NCBI GenBank assembly: GCA_963779755.1 | Contig: CAVZZO010000001.1 | Location: 352,001 to 416,000 of the forward strand | DNA from: an uncultured Gemmatimonadales bacterium | GTDB taxonomy: Bacteria; Gemmatimonadota; Gemmatimonadetes; Gemmatimonadales; GWC2-71-9 | Direction: 5' to 3' | Length of the DNA stretch: 64,000 nt | Shown: positions 20,988 through 29,627 of the stretch, one piece after another | Layout of the letters: every line of letters begins with the position of its first letter | How positions within the stretch are numbered: position 1 is the first letter of the stretch | Notes under the pieces: model-generated | The model's database searches: none | Told to the model about the DNA's origin: nothing | What the model saw: only the letters and a program-made list of their open reading frames with translations | Made by a program: the position numbers and the translations under genes

Positions 20988-21107
20988 CTAATGGTGAGGC
21001 GTGAGGGGTGAGGCGTGGTTCTGCCGATGGGTTCCCAGGAAATACCAGAGAACCCAGGTGATCAGGGCGACCCCGGCCAGCGTGACGATAATGCGGTCCA
21101 GGCTCAT
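20988..21107 (-). CDS. 39-aa single-TM peptide between copZ and copA (not in ORF track)
   Basis: [42 protein letters not shown] overlaps copZ TGA and the stop lies 7 nt before the copA ATG. Confidence 0.7.
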   Translation of the reverse strand: MSLDRIIVTLAGVALITWVLWYFLGTHRQNHASPLTPHH

Positions 21108-21319
21108 GACTGGCTCAGGGGGAGGGCGTTGTAGCCGACTTCATTCAGGGAGTTGCAGATGGCTTCGATGCTGGTCTGTGACTCGTCGAAGGCTACTTCC
21201 GCCTGGCCCAGCTTGACGCTCTTCGTCTGGACTCCGGGCATCGCGGCCAAGGTCTTGTTGACGGTATTGAGGCAGTGCCCGCAGCTCATGCCCTGGATAT
21301 GAAGCACCAGTTCCTTCAT
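21104..21319 (-). CDS. copZ: Copper chaperone CopZ (HMA domain)
   Basis: 71 aa, IQGMSCGHC. Confidence 0.92.
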   Translation of the reverse strand: MKELVLHIQGMSCGHCLNTVNKTLAAMPGVQTKSVKLGQAEVAFDESQTSIEAICNSLNEVGYNALPLSQS

Positions 21320-21379
21320 GGAGTTACCCTCGGCGTTGGGGTGACGGGGCCCGTATCAGTCCCGGGCCTCACGCCCTGA

Positions 21380-21408
21380 ATCGTAAATAGGGGTGGGGGG
21401 TATGTCAA
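21380..21408 (-). promoter_or_regulatory. Sigma70 promoter of the cop operon with CsoR-type C-tract operator in the spacer
   Basis: TTGACA-17 bp-TACGAT; spacer region ATACCCCCCACCCCTAT (C-tract flanked by ATA/TAT). Confidence 0.75.
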
Positions 21409-21415
21409 TTCCTCT

Positions 21416-21443
21416 AAAAAGGGGGCGGCCCGAGGCCGCCCCC
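21416..21443 (-). terminator. Intrinsic terminator of the metal ABC operon
   Basis: GGGGGCGGCC-N3-GGCCGCCCCC followed by TTTTT on the minus strand. Confidence 0.85.
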
Positions 21444-21457
21444 CGGTTCGAGCCGGG

Positions 21458-22303
21458 TCAATCCGCGGCGGCGAGGCTCGCGGCGTCCGGCGCGCGGCTG
21501 CTCAGCCGCCGGCCGATATAGGCCAGCAGCAGCAGCAGGCCGAACATGCAGACGATGACCGGCCCGGTGGGGAGATCGTACCGGAAGGAGAAAGCCAGCC
21601 CGCCCGCCGAGGCGACCAGGCCGGTGAGCCAGCTGAGCGCGACCAGGACCCGCTGGCTGCGGCTGAATTGGAACGCCACGGCGGCCGGCACCACCAGGAA
21701 GGAGAACACCAGGAGCACGCCGGCGATGGGGACGGAGAAGGTGATCACGATGCCGAAGGAGAGATAGAAGAGGAAGTCCCACCAGCGGATGCGCCACCCC
21801 AGGCCCAGGGCTTTCTCCGGCTCGAAGGAGATGGTGAGGAAGCGGCGGCGCAGGGCAAAATGGAACAGCCCCAGCGCGGCGTAAATGATGGCCAAACGGA
21901 TGATGGTGGGCCAGGTGACCCAGAGGAGGCTGCCGACCAGGATGTCCTTGATGGCCTCGCTGCCGCGCGGTGCCTTGTCGGCGACGAGTATGGCGGCGGC
22001 GGAGGCCACGACATAGACGATGCCGATGATGGCCTCCTGCGGCACCCGGCCCCGTTCGTGGGTGCGGGTCAGGCTGAAGATGAGTGCGCCGATGGAGGTA
22101 AAGGCCAGGGCGTAGATGAAGGCGGTGGTGGAATCGGGCATGGCGCCGGCCAGCACCGCCACCGTCGAGCCCAGCGCCGCCATCTGCGCCAGGGAGAGAT
22201 CCACGAAGATCACCTCCCGGGCAATGATGTGGAGGCCCAGATAGGCGTGGATCGCCACGATCACCATGCAGGCCACCAGGGGCGGCAGGATCAGGTCGAG
22301 CAT
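21458..22303 (-). CDS. Zn/Mn ABC transporter permease (ZnuB-like)
   Basis: IFVDLSLAQMAALG, EAIIGIVY, GVLLVFSFLVVPAA, DLPTGP. Confidence 0.85.
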   Translation of the reverse strand: MLDLILPPLVACMVIVAIHAYLGLHIIAREVIFVDLSLAQMAALGSTVAVLAGAMPDSTTAFIYALAFTSIGALIFSLTRTHERGRVPQEAIIGIVYVVASAAAILVADKAPRGSEAIKDILVGSLLWVTWPTIIRLAIIYAALGLFHFALRRRFLTISFEPEKALGLGWRIRWWDFLFYLSFGIVITFSVPIAGVLLVFSFLVVPAAVAFQFSRSQRVLVALSWLTGLVASAGGLAFSFRYDLPTGPVIVCMFGLLLLLAYIGRRLSSRAPDAASLAAAD

Positions 22304-22333
22304 CGAGGGTCCTTTCGGGGAGCGGGCGGCCGG

Positions 22334-23380
22334 CTACTTGAATACGGCGGTGAGGCCGTTGACCCAGGTATTGACCAGATCGAAATAGGTGTCGACGCCG
22401 GGCGCGCCCTGGGTGTTCTCGGGGACGATGACGGCCGTGGCACCGGTCTTCTGCGCCACCTGCTCGACGGCGCTCCGCGGGTAGTAGTTGGCGGAGAACA
22501 GCGCGGGAATATGGCGCGCCTGCATCAGGCTGATCACCTCCCGGACGTGCCTCGGCGTGGGCGGGATGCCCGGTTTCGGCTCGACGAAGGCGATGCAGGG
22601 AATGCCGAACCGGTCGCTGAAGTACACCCATTCCCGGTGGTAGCAGACCATTTCCTTCCCCCGCAGGATTTCCGTCTGCTTCAGCCAGCCGCCCAGCCGG
22701 TCGCTCAGCGGCCTGCCCTGGTACTGCTTGCCGCCCACGAAATCGAGAAACTTGTCGCTTCGCAGCAGGTCGAGCGTGGTCTCCGGGGTCAGCAGCTGCA
22801 CCAGATCGGAGCCGACCGTGGCCTCCAGAACCCGGCGCTCAAAATCCTTTTCACGCTGGGTGAAGAACCCGGCGTCCGCCGGTGCGATCCGCTGCAGGCC
22901 GGTGAGGATGTTCCGGGCGATGATGATGCCGTTGACCGGGTCGGTGTGAATGTGCGGGTTGCCCTCGGCGTGGATATCCCCCTGCGAACGATCGGTGGAC
23001 GTGGGGATCTCCAGCAGGTGGATGCCGGTGTAGGCCGTCACATACCCGGGGCCGCCCTCGATGACCTTGCGGTTGTTGGCCCGGTCGAGCAGCGGCGGGA
23101 CCCAGAGCTCAAGATCGAGCCCGGTGGTGACGAACAGGTCTGCGTTGCGCAGAATGGCAACGAAACTCGGCTTGGGCTGAACGAAATGCGGATCCTCGTC
23201 TCCCTGGGCGATGGCGGTGACCGTGCCGCGATCGCCCACGATCTCCCGGGCAATGGCGGCGTAGGTGGTGAGGCTGGTGACGACCCGGAGCGGGGCTTTT
23301 CTGGAGTGGGCAGAGGGGGCGGAGTCGGCGCTCATCAGCCCGATCGTCGTCGCGGCCGCCAGCAATGTCTGAAGTAGCAT
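22334..23380 (-). CDS. Zn/Mn ABC transporter substrate-binding protein (cluster A-I)
   Basis: DEDPHFVQPKPS, GDIHAEGNPHI, YH, EPKPGIPPTPRH. Confidence 0.9.
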   Translation of the reverse strand: MLLQTLLAAATTIGLMSADSAPSAHSRKAPLRVVTSLTTYAAIAREIVGDRGTVTAIAQGDEDPHFVQPKPSFVAILRNADLFVTTGLDLELWVPPLLDRANNRKVIEGGPGYVTAYTGIHLLEIPTSTDRSQGDIHAEGNPHIHTDPVNGIIIARNILTGLQRIAPADAGFFTQREKDFERRVLEATVGSDLVQLLTPETTLDLLRSDKFLDFVGGKQYQGRPLSDRLGGWLKQTEILRGKEMVCYHREWVYFSDRFGIPCIAFVEPKPGIPPTPRHVREVISLMQARHIPALFSANYYPRSAVEQVAQKTGATAVIVPENTQGAPGVDTYFDLVNTWVNGLTAVFK

Positions 23381-23411
23381 GTCGCTCTCCTGAAATACGG
23401 CCCGGGGGCCG

Positions 23412-24806
23412 TCAGTAGGTCTCGTGCTTGTGGGGACCCATGGCCCAGACGACCTGGAGCGTCAGGGTGTTGTCCGATGAGCCGTCCTGCATGCGGTGGT
23501 GCTGCCCCTGCAGGCGGAGGTAGACGAATTCGCTTTCCCACCAGGTAATGACCGGGGTGAGCATCCATTCGTCGGCATAGGGGCCGCGGGGTGCCTCGAC
23601 GTAATCGTACCGGGCGCCCAGGACCCAGCGCTGCCCGGCCCTGGCCTGCACGTCGGCGAACATGCCATAGCGGCTGCTGCGCGCCCCCGCCTCGCGGGCG
23701 TGCAGGCGGTACCCCTCCAGGCGCAGCGTCACATCACGCCGCGTTCCCGCCTCGGGGGGGCGCCAGGTGAACCGGAAGTCGGCGCCGAGAATGTTGCTGG
23801 TGAGGCTGCTGTCGCGGTTGCTGCCGACGGCGCCGGTGAAGCCCAGCTGGGCGTAGCTGCTGCGGGAGAGTTGCCAGAAGTTCTGCAGCCGAGCGAGTCC
23901 CACGGGCTGTGCGCTGCCGGCCAGGAAGGGGTCGCTGGCGGTGGTGGTACCCTGCAGCCACAACTCGTGCGCACCGCCGGCCAGGGACAGTGGCAGCAGG
24001 CTGTAGACCGAGATGCCGACCCCGGCCAGGCCCTCCGAGCCGAAGAACCGCTGATACACCAGCGGGTATTCGGTCTCCGGCAGAGCGTGCAGATGCCAGC
24101 GGTTGAGGTCTCCCACCTCCTGGCGGAACTTGCCGACGTCCAGCCGCAGCTTGCCGGGAAGGCCGGACCAGTAGATGTAGCCTTCCTCCACCCCGACTTC
24201 GTCCTGCTCGAAGGTGAGGAAGACCTTGGTGTTGGAATAGGGATCGAGAGAAGATTGAAAGGCCAGCTCGAACTCCCGCGCGTCGAAGTTGTTCCGCTGC
24301 ACCCCGCGGTCTTTGGCCGAGATGCGGATATCGCCGGTGGCGCTGATCTCCGGATTGAAGCTGTTGAGATTGCGCTGCTTGCTCACGAACTGAGTGCCGC
24401 GGGCCCCCGCATCGCCGCGGGCGGCCGGCTGCGCCGCTGCATCCCCGGCCGCCCCGGCGGCGGCGGCGCGCAGGGCCGCCAGGTCATCCGCCCCGCCGGT
24501 GTCGGCGGCAAGCGAGGGCGCGGCGGGAGCACAACGGGCTTGTTGCAGCCGGGCAACCCGGTCGCGCAGGCGGCGCAGCGCCGAGCTCATCGAGTCGGTG
24601 GCGGCATCGCCGGTGGGGCCCGGCAGCTTGAGCTGCAGAGGACCCCGGGGACAGCTGCCGGCGTCGAGTGAATCGAGCCGGGCCTGGAGCTGCTCTACGC
24701 CGTGCCGGAGGGAGTCGAGTCCGGCGGCGGGTTGCTGGGCCTGCAGCGCGGGTGCGGCGCCACTCAGCAGTGCCGCCAGCGCCAGAACGCCTGATGATGT
24801 ACGCAT
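23412..24806 (-). CDS. Outer-membrane beta-barrel/porin of the type associated with Zn ABC uptake
   Basis: Signal peptide, coiled coil, FNPEIS, REFELAFQSSLDPY, NRWHLHAL, C-terminal MGPHKHETY. Confidence 0.72.
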   Translation of the reverse strand: MRTSSGVLALAALLSGAAPALQAQQPAAGLDSLRHGVEQLQARLDSLDAGSCPRGPLQLKLPGPTGDAATDSMSSALRRLRDRVARLQQARCAPAAPSLAADTGGADDLAALRAAAAGAAGDAAAQPAARGDAGARGTQFVSKQRNLNSFNPEISATGDIRISAKDRGVQRNNFDAREFELAFQSSLDPYSNTKVFLTFEQDEVGVEEGYIYWSGLPGKLRLDVGKFRQEVGDLNRWHLHALPETEYPLVYQRFFGSEGLAGVGISVYSLLPLSLAGGAHELWLQGTTTASDPFLAGSAQPVGLARLQNFWQLSRSSYAQLGFTGAVGSNRDSSLTSNILGADFRFTWRPPEAGTRRDVTLRLEGYRLHAREAGARSSRYGMFADVQARAGQRWVLGARYDYVEAPRGPYADEWMLTPVITWWESEFVYLRLQGQHHRMQDGSSDNTLTLQVVWAMGPHKHETY

Positions 24807-24946
24807 GTTGTCTCCCAGCCTGTGCGGAGTCCCCCGCAAGCGTCTTTGCGGAGCTCCCGCGCTTCGTCATCCCGGCGGTTCCTGCCGGTGCATTTCCACC
24901 GCCGCGCCTCTCTGGCGACGGGGGTGGAGGGGCTGCAGATGTCGAG

Positions 24947-25297
24947 TCAGACCAGGAAGGAGGGAGGGGCTCGGGAGAGGGTACTGGTATGGATCGTGAC
25001 CCCCGACCACCAGATGATCTCCGGGGAAGTGATCGGGAGGATACGCGTTTCGGGGAGGACGATGGCCCCGGAGGCCACCTGCCAGACGTGACGGGGGACG
25101 GACCACGCCAGGCCGAGGAGACAGCGCTCGGCGTGGCAGCCGCCCTCGTCGGACGATTCGAAGTGCGGACCGACGGCCTGTTCGGCGTGGCCCCGATGGT
25201 GGGCGAAGGCGTCGAACACCGGCACGCCCAGACTGCTGCCGACGAAGGCCAGCAGGAGGAGCAGGGCGAGGGCGCGGCGAGCCGAGCGGAAGCGCAT
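24947..25297 (-). CDS. Secreted His/Cys leader protein with C-terminal RAPP motif (DUF2946/CruR-like)
   Basis: 116 aa: signal-like N-terminus, AHH..PH..CHAERC, ends LSRAPPSFLV; paralog at 31110..31448. Confidence 0.78.
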   Translation of the reverse strand: MRFRSARRALALLLLLAFVGSSLGVPVFDAFAHHRGHAEQAVGPHFESSDEGGCHAERCLLGLAWSVPRHVWQVASGAIVLPETRILPITSPEIIWWSGVTIHTSTLSRAPPSFLV

Positions 25298-25380
25298 GGT
25301 CAAGCGCAAGATAGCCGGGCGGCCGGGGCCGGAACACCGGGACGGCATACCCGTACGACGGTGGTCCGGCCCCACGGGAT

Positions 25381-28300
25381 TCAGACCTCCAGCCGGTCGC
25401 CGTCGCGGGCGACCACGGCATAGAGCGCGGGCATCAGCAGCACACTGATGAAGAGCCGGGAGAAGAGACCGCCGACGATCACCAGGGCAAAGGGCTTCTG
25501 CGAGTCCGATCCCACGCCGGTAGAGAGCGCCGCCGGCAGCAGGCCGAAAGCCGCCACCAGTGCCGTCATCATGATGGGCCGGAGCCGGAGCACGGCGGCG
25601 GTGCGGGTGGCTTCGGCGATACTGGAACCGGCCCGGCGCAGCTCGTTGGCGTAGGAGATGTAGACCACCGCGGTCTGCACCGAGACGCCGAAGAGGGCGA
25701 GGAAGCCGATCCCCGAGGACACCGAGAAGGGAGTCCCGGTCACCGCCAGTGCCACCAGGCCGCCGATGGGGGCGGAGAGCACGACGCCGGCCACGGTAAT
25801 GAAGGGAAACTTGAAATTGCTGTAGAGCGCAAACAACAAGAGGAAGATGATGAACAGGGTCAGCGGCACGATGATGCGGAGCTGGTGGCGTGAGCTGGTG
25901 TATTCCTGGTACTCGCCACCCCAGACTACCCGATACCCGGCGGGCAGATGGACGGTGGAGGTCACCTGTCGCTGGGCGTCCTGCACCGCGCCGGCCAGGT
26001 CGCGGCCTTCGACCGAGTACTGTACCCCGATGAACCGGGCGTTATCCTGGCGGTAGATGAACGAGGCTCCGTTGGAGAGCGCAATGGTCGCCAGCTCCTT
26101 GAGCGGGACCTGCGCCCCGCCCGGCGTGGCCACGAGAATGTTGCCGATCTCCTCAGGCGTCTGCCGGAAGCGCGGCTGGAGGCGGACCACCAGGTCGAAG
26201 GTCCGCTCTCCCTGCACCACGCCGGTAGCCGACACCCCGCCCACCGCCGCTTCGATGAGGCCGTTGATGTCATCCACGCCCAGGCCATACCGGGCGATCT
26301 TCGAGCGGTCCACCTGGATCGTCAGGCTGGGCTGGCCCAGCTCCTGGACCAGGGTGACGTGGCGGATGCCGTGCACCCGCTGGAGCACATTGCGGATCTG
26401 CTGCCCCTCGGTCTGCAGCGTGTCGAGGTTGGGACCGAACACCTTGACGTCCAGGGCGCTCTTGAGGCCGGTCTCGGCTTCGTCCACCGCATCCTCGGCG
26501 GGCTGGGTGTAGTTGAAGATGATACCGGGAAATTGCCGCAGCCGCTGATTGATGTCGTCGATCAGCTGGGCCTTGGTGTGGATCTTCCCCTGCCATTCAC
26601 CGTACGGCTTCAGCCCGACGTAGAACTCGGCGTTGAAGAAGCCGGTGGGATCGGTGCCGTCGTCGGGCCGGCCGTGCTCGGATGCGACCACGGTCACCTG
26701 GGGATAGGAGCGGAGAATGGCGCGAATCCGCGGAACGATCTGCGACGATTCTTCGAAGGAAATCGTGTACGGCATGGTGGCGCGAACCCAGAGCGCTCCC
26801 TCATCCAGGTGAGGCATGAACTCCGCGCCGATCAGGGGCAGCAGGAGCAGCGAGAGGGCGAAGATCGCCACCGAGCCGCCGATGGCGGGCCAGCGGTGCG
26901 CCAGGGTCCAGTCGAGCGAGCGTTCGTACGAGCGGCGCAGTGCCTCATAGAACGGGTTCCGCCGCTCCCGCACGCCGTGGCGCAGAATCCAGGAGCAGAG
27001 CACGGGCACCAGGGTCAGGGTGAGCAGCAGCGAGCCGATCAGCGCGAAGATCGTGGTGTCGGCCATGGGGCGGAAGAGCTGGCCCGAGGGACCCTTCAGC
27101 ACGTAGATAGGCAGGAAACCGGCAATGATGACCGCCACGGCATAGAAGATGGGCCGGTCCACCTCGGCGGCGGCCGCCGCGATGACCTCACGCAGGCGAT
27201 ACTGGGTGCCGTACCTGAGGGCGAGCTGGCGGTGGATGTTTTCCACCATCACTACCGCGCCGTCCACCAGGATGCCGAAGTCTATCGCGCCGATGGAAAG
27301 CAGGTTGGCCGGAATGTGCCGCAGGTCCAGGCAGATGAAGGCGAAGAGCAGGGCGATGGGTATGGTCACCGCCACGATCAATCCGCTCCGGATGTCATAG
27401 AGGAAAAGGATCAGCACGGCGATGACCAGGCTGATCCCCCGCAGCAGGTTGTCTTCCACCGTGCGGGTGGTGAGTGCGATCAGGTCGCTGCGGTCGTAGA
27501 ACGGATGGATCTTCACATCCTTCGGCAGAATGTGCTCGTTCAGTTCGCGGGTCTTCGCCTCCACCTGCTTGAGCACGGTCTGGGCCTGCTCGCCTTTCCG
27601 GAGCAGGATGACGCCTTCGACGGCATCGTTCTGCGCGTTGTAGCCGAACTGCCCCAGGCGCGGGGCATGGCCGATCACCACGCTGCCGATGTCCTTGACC
27701 AGCACGGGCGTGCCGTTGTGGACCGCGAGCACGGTGTTGCCGATGTCGTCCAGGGTGTTGAGCCGCCCCAGGCCGCGCACGTAGTAGAACTGGCCGCCCT
27801 CGGAGTAGAACCCGCCGCCGGCGTTGCTGTTGCCCTTGCCCAGGGCATCCACGACGTCGCTCACCGCCAGCCCGGCGGCCGCCAGGCGGGTCGGGTCGAT
27901 CTGGACCTGGTACTGCATGGTCTCGCCGCCCAGCGGGGAATCGTCGGCCACACCGGGGACCGACCGGTACTGCCGCACGATGACCCAGTCGTTCAGCACC
28001 TTGAGGTCCATCGCCGTCCGGTCGGGACTCTGCAGCACGTAGCGGTAGACCAGGCCCGAGGGAGAGAAGAGCGGCGATACGCCGGGGGCGACACCATCGG
28101 GCAGCTCCGCATCGGGCAGGCGTTCGAAGACCTGTTCCCGGGCGAAGTAGTTGTCGGTGCCGTCCTCGAAGGTGAGCCGGATGTTGGAGAGGCCGTAGAG
28201 CGAGATGGACCGGATGACCCGCAGGTGGGGCAGCCCGTTCATCTCGACTTCAAGCGGCACGGTGATGAGGCGTTCCACCTCCTCCGCGGCGTGGCCCGGC

Positions 28301-28497
28301 CACTGGGTGGTGATCTCCACCATCGGGGGAGAGAGATCGGGATAGGCGTCCACCGGCAGCCGGGTGAAGGACCAGATGCCCCCGCCGATCAGAATGAGCG
28401 CGCAGAGCACGACCAGGAACCGCTGATTCAGGCTGGTCCCGACGATCCGGTGAATGAACGAGGTGGCCGGCGGCGTCCCGGCGGGGCTCCCGGTCAC
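25381..28497 (-). CDS. CusA/CzcA family heavy-metal efflux RND permease
   Basis: LPVDAYPD, EEVERLIT.PLE, GAIDFGILVDGAVVMVEN, RLRPIMMTALVA; 1038 aa. Confidence 0.95.
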   Translation of the reverse strand: MTGSPAGTPPATSFIHRIVGTSLNQRFLVVLCALILIGGGIWSFTRLPVDAYPDLSPPMVEITTQWPGHAAEEVERLITVPLEVEMNGLPHLRVIRSISLYGLSNIRLTFEDGTDNYFAREQVFERLPDAELPDGVAPGVSPLFSPSGLVYRYVLQSPDRTAMDLKVLNDWVIVRQYRSVPGVADDSPLGGETMQYQVQIDPTRLAAAGLAVSDVVDALGKGNSNAGGGFYSEGGQFYYVRGLGRLNTLDDIGNTVLAVHNGTPVLVKDIGSVVIGHAPRLGQFGYNAQNDAVEGVILLRKGEQAQTVLKQVEAKTRELNEHILPKDVKIHPFYDRSDLIALTTRTVEDNLLRGISLVIAVLILFLYDIRSGLIVAVTIPIALLFAFICLDLRHIPANLLSIGAIDFGILVDGAVVMVENIHRQLALRYGTQYRLREVIAAAAAEVDRPIFYAVAVIIAGFLPIYVLKGPSGQLFRPMADTTIFALIGSLLLTLTLVPVLCSWILRHGVRERRNPFYEALRRSYERSLDWTLAHRWPAIGGSVAIFALSLLLLPLIGAEFMPHLDEGALWVRATMPYTISFEESSQIVPRIRAILRSYPQVTVVASEHGRPDDGTDPTGFFNAEFYVGLKPYGEWQGKIHTKAQLIDDINQRLRQFPGIIFNYTQPAEDAVDEAETGLKSALDVKVFGPNLDTLQTEGQQIRNVLQRVHGIRHVTLVQELGQPSLTIQVDRSKIARYGLGVDDINGLIEAAVGGVSATGVVQGERTFDLVVRLQPRFRQTPEEIGNILVATPGGAQVPLKELATIALSNGASFIYRQDNARFIGVQYSVEGRDLAGAVQDAQRQVTSTVHLPAGYRVVWGGEYQEYTSSRHQLRIIVPLTLFIIFLLLFALYSNFKFPFITVAGVVLSAPIGGLVALAVTGTPFSVSSGIGFLALFGVSVQTAVVYISYANELRRAGSSIAEATRTAAVLRLRPIMMTALVAAFGLLPAALSTGVGSDSQKPFALVIVGGLFSRLFISVLLMPALYAVVARDGDRLEV

Positions 28498-29627
28498 TGG
28501 TTCTCCGCGAACCGCAGAAACAGTCCGCCCTCGGCCACGATGCGCTCGCCCGGCGCCAGGCCGGAGGTGATTTCGTAGCTGTCATCCACGTGCGAACCGA
28601 GGGTGATCTGGCGGCGCTCGAAGCCTTTTCCTGAATCGGCCACAAACAGGAACGGCAGGTTATTCTCGTCGCGCTGCACCGCCGAGGCGGGCACCAGAAT
28701 GCCCCGGCGGCCGTGACGCGAGTAGATGGTGACACGGACGAACATATCGCGCTTGAGGACATCGCCAGGGTTGGGCGTCAGGATCCGGACAGAGGTCGCC
28801 CGGGTGTCCGGGTCTACCAGCGAGGCGACGTAGGTGACGCGCCCGGGGAAGACGCGGTTGTCGTCGGTGGGGCTGATGCTGGCCGAGTCGCCTTCGGTCA
28901 CGTCGGGCAGGTCGGATTCGAAGACGTTGGCCATGACCCAGACGGTGCCCAGGTCGGCAATGGTGAAGCAGGGTGTGGCGCCGCTCTCCAGCAGCTGGCC
29001 CGGGGTGATGAGCTTCTCCACCACCACCCCGGCGATGGGCGCGCGGATCACGGCCTGGGCGGCCTCGACCGCACGTCCCTGGCGGATGTCTTCGATGGTG
29101 GCGGAGTCGACGCCGAGCGAGCGCAGCTGCTCCCGTGCGGCATCCCGGTCGGCGGCGGCCGAGGCGGCGTCCGTCTGGGCCTGTTCCAGATCCCGCCGCG
29201 CCAAGGCGTCGGTGTCGAAGAGTTTCTGGTCAAGGTCGGCGATGTGCTGGGCGTTGTGCGCGGCCACCACCGCCTTGCGGTAGTCGGCGATGGCAGTGGC
29301 AAAGTCAGGGGACGCGACCACCGCCAGGGCCTGGCCCGCCGCCACGTGGGCGCCCGGCTGGACCAGGATACGTACCACCGGGCCCGAGATGGGCGCGAGT
29401 ACCTGCGTGCTGCGGTCGCCGTTGAAGGCCACGGTGCCGGTGACCGTGACGGACGGCTGAAAGGCCACGGGGGCAACCGGCGTGATCCGGAGCTGGTGGC
29501 GCTGGGCCGGAGTGAGAACGAACTCCGAATCGGCCGCGCCGTCGCCGCCGGCCGGCTCGGCACGGTGGCAGGCGCCCGCCAGCAGCAGGCAAGCGAGGGC
29601 GGCAAGAGCCCCGATCCTAGTGGTCAT
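28494..29627 (-). CDS. RND efflux periplasmic adaptor (CzcB-like lipoprotein)
   Basis: Lipobox LAGAC, IRAPIAGVV, IADLGTVWV.ANVFESD, SGLAPGERIV. Confidence 0.9.
   Translation of the reverse strand: MTTRIGALAALACLLLAGACHRAEPAGGDGAADSEFVLTPAQRHQLRITPVAPVAFQPSVTVTGTVAFNGDRSTQVLAPISGPVVRILVQPGAHVAAGQALAVVASPDFATAIADYRKAVVAAHNAQHIADLDQKLFDTDALARRDLEQAQTDAASAAADRDAAREQLRSLGVDSATIEDIRQGRAVEAAQAVIRAPIAGVVVEKLITPGQLLESGATPCFTIADLGTVWVMANVFESDLPDVTEGDSASISPTDDNRVFPGRVTYVASLVDPDTRATSVRILTPNPGDVLKRDMFVRVTIYSRHGRRGILVPASAVQRDENNLPFLFVADSGKGFERRQITLGSHVDDSYEITSGLAPGERIVAEGGLFLRFAENQ

Noticed and set aside
25948..28578. Long antisense ORFs (876 aa here; also 32661..34898, 57685..59655, 21668..23377 and others)
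   Set aside because: Shadow frames of well-supported GC-rich genes with no motifs
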